Shown in pieces: positions 47,664-52,201 of a stretch of 52,201 bases of DNA. The notes under the pieces are model-generated. The model was not told the DNA's origin, made no database searches, and saw nothing but the letters and a program-made list of their open reading frames with translations. This DNA comes from a virus (lineage: Duplodnaviria; Heunggongvirae; Uroviricota; Caudoviricetes): the IMG/VR virus record IMGVR_UViG_3300031993_004551, positions 64,001 to 116,201 of that record; one strand, given 5' to 3'. Position 1 is the first letter of the stretch. Each line of letters begins with the position of its first letter. Made by a program: the position numbers and the translations under genes.

Positions 47664-48032
47664 ATGAAGCCGACTCTAGTTTACGATGCCACCTGCGCAC
47701 TGTGCGCAAACTACCAGCGGTTCATCGAAAACCGCCTCGGTGACCGAATAGCCTACGAAGGCAGCGGAGCGGGTGCGGAGGAAGTGCAGTACCGCGATTC
47801 AAACGGATTGACATACACGGGCACACGGGCTATCGAGAAATTCGTATCGGACTTCCCTGAAATCAGGGACTTCAATACGATGCTTCCGCAGGCTCTCCGC
47901 ATTGTAGGTGTCAGAATCCCCGGGAAGCTCCCGGTTGCCGGCGTCAAGGCAATCTACAAGGCGAGCGGGGTAGTCCGCAAGGGATACCAAGTGATACACA
48001 AGGGATGCAACTGCGGCGGAAAGCGCAAGTAG
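47664..48032 (+). CDS. DCC1-like thiol-disulfide oxidoreductase (DUF393)
   Basis: N-terminal LVYDATCALC (DxxCxxC), YTGTRAI; C-terminal GCNCGG. Confidence 0.7.
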   Translation: MKPTLVYDATCALCANYQRFIENRLGDRIAYEGSGAGAEEVQYRDSNGLTYTGTRAIEKFVSDFPEIRDFNTMLPQALRIVGVRIPGKLPVAGVKAIYKASGVVRKGYQVIHKGCNCGGKRK

Positions 48033-48054
48033 CAGACCAGAAAAGCAAAAAATA

Positions 48055-48081
48055 AAAGGCCGGATTCATCATCCGGCCTTT
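48055..48081. terminator. Bidirectional intrinsic terminator
   Basis: AAAGGCCGGAT-TCATC-ATCCGGCCTTT with flanking A/T tracts. Confidence 0.85.
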
Positions 48082-48131
48082 AATGATTGGGGCAAGGCAA
48101 AATATGCAAAAGGAGTCCCCAATCACAAAAA

Positions 48132-49361
48132 TTACTTCGCCGCATTATTGGTCGGGGTCAACTTCACCACGACACCAGCCGGCTTGTCACCTACGCCGAC
48201 AATCGGCATTATGACATGATACACACCGTTTTCATACCCGGACTTGATGTTATCCTTGTCAACCGGAAGCGGGAACTCGTATGTGTACGAGAATTTTTCA
48301 GCCTGCAGCGGTACGGTAACCATCGCATCGTATTCGACAGTATCGTTCTTACCCTTCTTGCCGCGACCCTTAGTCTTCGGGAACATCTTGTATGCCTGAA
48401 GCTTGCGGGTACCGGTAATGACAAGGTTCATATTGAAGTAGGTAGTCCCAATCTTGTCCGGCTCGACACCCGGAAGGTCAATAAAGAAATGGTAATGGCC
48501 GCCGACAATGATAGTCTCCGTATACGGCTCGCAAAAATTCGGCTGATACCGAGTGATGTACTTGTTGGCCGGTTCGTTCGGGTCAGGCACCGGGTTCCCC
48601 TGCTGGTCAACCTGGGCGCCCTGCTGAACCCCCGGCTGTACATTCTGTTGAACCAGCTGGCCGCCCATTTGCTGGCCCTGAACAGTCTGGTTACCCATTT
48701 GCTGACCCTGCCCCGCCTGGTTACCCCACTGCGATTGCTGCATGCCGTCGCCCTGATACCCGCCGTTCATCGTCGGGTACCCGCCATTCATCTGCATCTG
48801 CTGTTGCTGGAGATACATCTGCTGTTGCTGGAGCTGCAACTGCCGACGCTGAAGCTCCTGACGCTGGTATTCTATTTCCTGCTGGCGCTGCTGCTGTTCG
48901 AGTTCCCACTCCTGGCGCTGCTGCTGTTCATATTCCCACTGTTGCCGTTCCCAGACCTGCCGGTCACCGAGTTGTTTCTGGGCAGCAATCTGCTGCTGCC
49001 GCTGATAGCGATTCATTCCATCTCCTCCTATTCTTCTAGCGCCAGTCTGCGGGTTCCTGCCACGACCCCTCTGCGGTTCGACTACCTGTCCCGGTATGCG
49101 AAAAGAGTTGTTCACACGCTGGGTTTCCCGCATAGTAATGTCATTGAGGCGTTCCGGGTCGCCGCCACCCCTGATTTCGCACATCTGCGGATTCTTGCCG
49201 TAGAGCAAGGTAGGCCCGGTGCCGTCATCGTAATCAGCAAATTCGCCGTAATTCATTTTGTCCCCTTTGGTTGATTCATCCCCGGAACCGCCGATATTCC
49301 ACTCGGCATCGAGCTTCGGCTTTCCGAAAATGAATTCCTTAATTTTGGTAAAGATGCCCAC
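48132..49361 (-). CDS. Hsp20/alpha-crystallin-domain protein with long Gln-rich low-complexity N-terminal region
   Basis: C-terminal IDLPGVEPDKI, LVITGTRK, FSYTYEFPLPVDKDNIKSGYENGVYHVIMP. Confidence 0.85.
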   Translation of the reverse strand: MGIFTKIKEFIFGKPKLDAEWNIGGSGDESTKGDKMNYGEFADYDDGTGPTLLYGKNPQMCEIRGGGDPERLNDITMRETQRVNNSFRIPGQVVEPQRGRGRNPQTGARRIGGDGMNRYQRQQQIAAQKQLGDRQVWERQQWEYEQQQRQEWELEQQQRQQEIEYQRQELQRRQLQLQQQQMYLQQQQMQMNGGYPTMNGGYQGDGMQQSQWGNQAGQGQQMGNQTVQGQQMGGQLVQQNVQPGVQQGAQVDQQGNPVPDPNEPANKYITRYQPNFCEPYTETIIVGGHYHFFIDLPGVEPDKIGTTYFNMNLVITGTRKLQAYKMFPKTKGRGKKGKNDTVEYDAMVTVPLQAEKFSYTYEFPLPVDKDNIKSGYENGVYHVIMPIVGVGDKPAGVVVKLTPTNNAAK

Positions 49362-49364
49362 ATT

Positions 49365-50189
49365 TTATACCCCTTTAGCGAAATCATCGAGGCCGTGCGA
49401 GTTACGCAGTTTCGCGATAGCCTTCGCCTTGGTGCGCCGAGCCCAGTCCTTAGAAGAACAGAAATCGGCCGCCGCCTCTTCTAAACTAGACTCTTCTCCG
49501 CCGTCGAGCCCGTAGAGTCGACGCAAAAGTGCAGATTCCTCCAAGGTAAGCACATGCTTCATCTCGGACTCAATCTTGTCAGTGAGAAGTTCCTTGGCGT
49601 GGTTATAGTCCGGGGCCAGGTCTGGCGAAGATTCGGGAATGGCGTCACCCACGGTAATATCCGGGCCATCGTCAATGTCGCAAGACTCCATCGGAGCATC
49701 CATCGAAAATGTATGGGATATGGAAGCATTCGCCTCCGCCCCGTACTTGATGTCGTCAATAGGTTGCCCTTTCTTGATTGCCTCGAGCACCTTCTTTCGC
49801 AGCCTGACCGGTACGCGCACGAGGTCGTTTTCCTGAACGGAAGTACCCATCCTTGTACGCATATACCAAACGGCGTACGAAATGAACTTCACATTCTTGT
49901 TCCAGTCGAACTTATAGAAGGCTTCCATAAGCCCGAGCTTCGCATCGGTATAGAAATCCTCCACCGGAAGCTTGGTAATCTTACTGTAGTCCATTGCGAA
50001 CTTCAGGGCAAACCTAAGGTTCGCCTGGATAACCTTCAGCTTGGCGGCTTCCCGAATATGCTGCGGCTTTGTTTCATCATGGTAAATCTTGAAGCAGACA
50101 GTTTCGGCATCCCTTTCTATGATTTCATATGCCGAAGTCTCCTCAAGTAGTAGTTGTGCATTTTCCCCTAAATACGATGCCTTTCCCAT
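49365..50189 (-). CDS. Sigma70-family RNA polymerase sigma factor
   Basis: Region 2 NLRFALKFA...GLMEAFYKFDW...KFISYAVWYMR, VRVPV, region 4 LRRLYGL...SLEE. Confidence 0.9.
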   Translation of the reverse strand: MGKASYLGENAQLLLEETSAYEIIERDAETVCFKIYHDETKPQHIREAAKLKVIQANLRFALKFAMDYSKITKLPVEDFYTDAKLGLMEAFYKFDWNKNVKFISYAVWYMRTRMGTSVQENDLVRVPVRLRKKVLEAIKKGQPIDDIKYGAEANASISHTFSMDAPMESCDIDDGPDITVGDAIPESSPDLAPDYNHAKELLTDKIESEMKHVLTLEESALLRRLYGLDGGEESSLEEAAADFCSSKDWARRTKAKAIAKLRNSHGLDDFAKGV

Positions 50190-50220
50190 CTGGCATACCT
50201 ACCTACTATATGTTGACAAT

Positions 50221-50249
50221 AATATAACTATTTATCCACAAAAAGTCAA
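50221..50249 (-). promoter_or_regulatory. Sigma70-like promoter for the phage sigma gene
   Basis: Minus strand TTGACT-N17-TATATT. Confidence 0.55.
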
Positions 50250-50348
50250 CACTTTTATAAAATTTTTCACAAAAATATCAAACATTAATCAACAATCTAT
50301 CAACAGTGCGTCCAAGTTTATAGCTTTGAAATGATAAACTCTCTTTTT

Positions 50349-50681
50349 ATGAACGAAAATACAGCGAAAATCGACCGTCTACTCCCAAACCAGGACCAGG
50401 CCAAGTTCTGGTCCATCGCCGACCGTGCCGTGCGCAAATTAGCGAAACAGAAAGTTTCGTCGGTAGACATGGTAGGATACCGTGGTCCGGGCTACATCTA
50501 TCAGGACTTCGTAATCACCATCAAGGTGAAACCGGGGAAGCGGACGTACGAGATTTACCGCAACCGGACGGGCGCAATGGTGCTTTCCGTGAACGAAGGG
50601 AAGATGGTCGCGCGAAATTATGAATATATTTTTGTAGAGAACCACCTAAATGAAAAAATAGGAGAAAGCGTGGATGGCTAA
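50349..50681 (+). CDS. Hypothetical protein
   Basis: ORF coupled to infA. Confidence 0.55.
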   Translation: MNENTAKIDRLLPNQDQAKFWSIADRAVRKLAKQKVSSVDMVGYRGPGYIYQDFVITIKVKPGKRTYEIYRNRTGAMVLSVNEGKMVARNYEYIFVENHLNEKIGESVDG

Positions 50682-50892
50682 AGAAGTAGGCATCGAGGTC
50701 GAAGGTACCGTCATCGAAGCTAGGGGAAGCGGATTCTTTTCCGTACAGCTGGCGAACGGGCACGAAGTACTCGCCAGGCCGAACGGTAATATGACACGGC
50801 ACTTCATCAAGATACTGCCCGATGACAAGGTAAGGGTCGAAGTGTCGCCGTATGACCTAAATCGCGGTCGAATCACTTACCGATTCAAATAA
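50674..50892 (+). CDS. infA: Translation initiation factor IF-1
   Basis: [47 protein letters not shown]; 72 aa. Confidence 0.95.
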   Translation: MAKEVGIEVEGTVIEARGSGFFSVQLANGHEVLARPNGNMTRHFIKILPDDKVRVEVSPYDLNRGRITYRFK

Positions 50893-50914
50893 GAAAGGCC
50901 GGCTTTCGCCGGCC
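50891..50914 (-). terminator. Intrinsic terminator
   Basis: Minus strand GGCCGGC-GAAA-GCCGGCC-TTTCTT. Confidence 0.8.
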
Positions 50915-50933
50915 CCGGAGTTAGCAGGTCGCA

Positions 50934-51773
50934 TTATTTCGATGCGGCCTTCTTTGTCGTCTTCTTGGTAGTTGTCTTCTTTGTCGTAGCCTTCTTTGAC
51001 GGAGAAGCTTTCTTCTTTTCCGGCTTAGCAGCAGGCTTCTTGGTTGTCTTGGTCGTCTTGCGGGTAGTTGTCTTCTTTACCGCTTTCTTGGCAGTCGATG
51101 CCTTGCGCGGCTTCGCCACCTTGACCGGCTCGGTAGCTTCAGTCAAGACTTCCACCGGAGCTTCCTGTGCCTTCCGTTCAGCAATGGACTGTTCAAGCGC
51201 GGCAAGGTTTTCACGATAGCGAGCAAGCGTCCGGTCGCCTTCCTGAGAAAGCCCGGCAACCTTGAGAATATCAATGCGCCGTGCAATCTTCCTAGTAAGT
51301 TCCTCGACCAGTTCTTCGGCTGTACGCTTCTTACCGACAATGGAAGCCACTATCGGTGCCTGCTTTGCAGCCTTGCGCTGTGCAGCCAGAGCGGCGACCT
51401 TCTTCTTTACATTGGCGGGGTCAGGAATTTCAACGACTACCTTATCTTTCCCAAAGTTTTCCTCAAACCTAATATTCTTATCTACCGTCTGGTCAGCCCC
51501 GGCCTTTTCAAACCCAAGTCCTTCCGCCGGAGCGATACTCACCGCATTCCCGAACACCTTGTCCGGATTGGGCGCATCAGATTCATCGATGACTTCCTCA
51601 TGGTCTTCCGCGGTTTCCGGGACTTCAGGAACTTCGATAGACTCGCTTTCCTCGTCATCGAAATGGTCGATGTCCAGTTTCTTGCGCACTTTCTTGAAGA
51701 CGATAGTGTACGCGACGATGAGCACCAGTATAATAGCAATGCCGGCCCATCCGTATAGTGTGGTTTCGTTCAT
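50934..51773 (-). CDS. Membrane-anchored protein with histone-H1-like K/T/A-rich C-terminal tail
   Basis: N-terminal TM WAGIAIILVLIVAYTIVF; tail KKAVKKTTTRKTTKTTKKPAAK; AGGAG RBS. Confidence 0.65.
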   Translation of the reverse strand: MNETTLYGWAGIAIILVLIVAYTIVFKKVRKKLDIDHFDDEESESIEVPEVPETAEDHEEVIDESDAPNPDKVFGNAVSIAPAEGLGFEKAGADQTVDKNIRFEENFGKDKVVVEIPDPANVKKKVAALAAQRKAAKQAPIVASIVGKKRTAEELVEELTRKIARRIDILKVAGLSQEGDRTLARYRENLAALEQSIAERKAQEAPVEVLTEATEPVKVAKPRKASTAKKAVKKTTTRKTTKTTKKPAAKPEKKKASPSKKATTKKTTTKKTTKKAASK

Positions 51774-51838
51774 AAGTTTCTCCTGGTTAAAATGTACGAT
51801 TTCCCGTTGAAGAAACTATATCATCTGCCGGCAAACTT

Positions 51839-51867
51839 GTGAACTACGCACAGTCTAAAGACTGCGC
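51839..51867 (-). mobile_element. IS200/IS605 right end / 3' end of the omegaRNA scaffold
   Basis: Minus strand GCGCAGTCT-TT-AGACTGTGC hairpin followed by GTAGTTCAC. Confidence 0.75.
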
Positions 51868-52200
51868 GCTTCGCGTAGCCCCGTGAGGGGCATCCGCGCC
51901 TTGGACCGCCGTTCCGGCGGCGAGAATTCTTTTACCTTCGGCAAGGATGTTGATGGCTGCGTTGAAGTCGCGGTCGTGGGAAATGCCGCAACGCGGGCAC
52001 GTCCACTCCCGGACATTCAAGTCCTTTGTATTTTCGTTCCTGAATCCGCAGCAGTGGCAGATTTGGGAGGAAGGGAACCATCGTCCGACACGGACGATGG
52101 TTCTTCCATACCATTCGGCCTTGTACTTCAGCATGTTCAGGAACATTCCCCATCCTGTATCGTGCTCGGACTTGGCAAGGTCGCCTTCGGCGACCTGCCT
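51844..52200 (-). CDS. tnpB: IS200/IS605-family TnpB, 3' part (open to the window edge)
   Basis: [51 protein letters not shown]. Confidence 0.93.
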   Translation of the reverse strand, partial: RQVAEGDLAKSEHDTGWGMFLNMLKYKAEWYGRTIVRVGRWFPSSQICHCCGFRNENTKDLNVREWTCPRCGISHDRDFNAAINILAEGKRILAAGTAVQGADAPHGATRSAQSLDCA

Positions 52201-52201
52201 T

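Noticed and set aside
48087-49274. Leu-rich 395-aa ORF resembling a membrane protein
   Set aside because: It is the reverse complement of CAG (Gln) codons in the Hsp20 gene.
50232-50240. Perfect DnaA box TTATCCACA in the sigma promoter spacer
   Set aside because: Single copy; about 0.4 are expected by chance for a 9-mer on both strands of 52 kb, and no cluster is present.
1-52201. Stop-codon reassignment and tRNA genes
   Set aside because: Recognisable genes are full length in the standard code with high coding density, and no cloverleaf with a T-loop was seen by eye. tRNAscan-SE would confirm.

Overview
Fragment of a large (probably jumbo) T4-like phage genome read in the standard code. 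The host is probably an anaerobic gut/rumen bacterium of Fibrobacterota or Bacteroidota; this is inferred from three Fib_succ_major/FISUMP-domain genes and from nrdDG. 0-19.9 kb is a cluster of tail-fibre/adhesin genes with two glycosyltransferases. 20-35 kb holds two large paralogous proteins, GNAT, a lysine-rich protein, DUF4422, an AAA+ ATPase and an HD hydrolase. 35-42 kb holds nrdG/nrdD, a second AAA+ ATPase and a glycosyltransferase. 42.6-46.5 kb is a gp17-like large terminase with a Gln-ending LAGLIDADG intein, directly preceded by an intact ATPase-domain-only paralog with substituted catalytic residues. 46.5-52.2 kb holds a DCC oxidoreductase, a Q-rich Hsp20, a sigma70-family factor, IF-1, a membrane-anchored H1-like protein and the 3' end of an IS200/IS605 tnpB element. 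Best leads: (1) the pseudo-terminase next to the real TerL; (2) a ~250-nt ORF-free, heavily base-paired candidate ncRNA at 29.24-29.49 kb with its own promoter motif and terminator; (3) two promoter classes (TATAAACT, 14 copies; TGCTATATTT, 5 copies) that separate virion from non-virion genes; (4) host-type FISUMP and LamG domains on a shared anchor peptide; (5) a small heat-shock protein with a prion-like Q-rich region. All family assignments come from motif recognition by eye; no database search was run.
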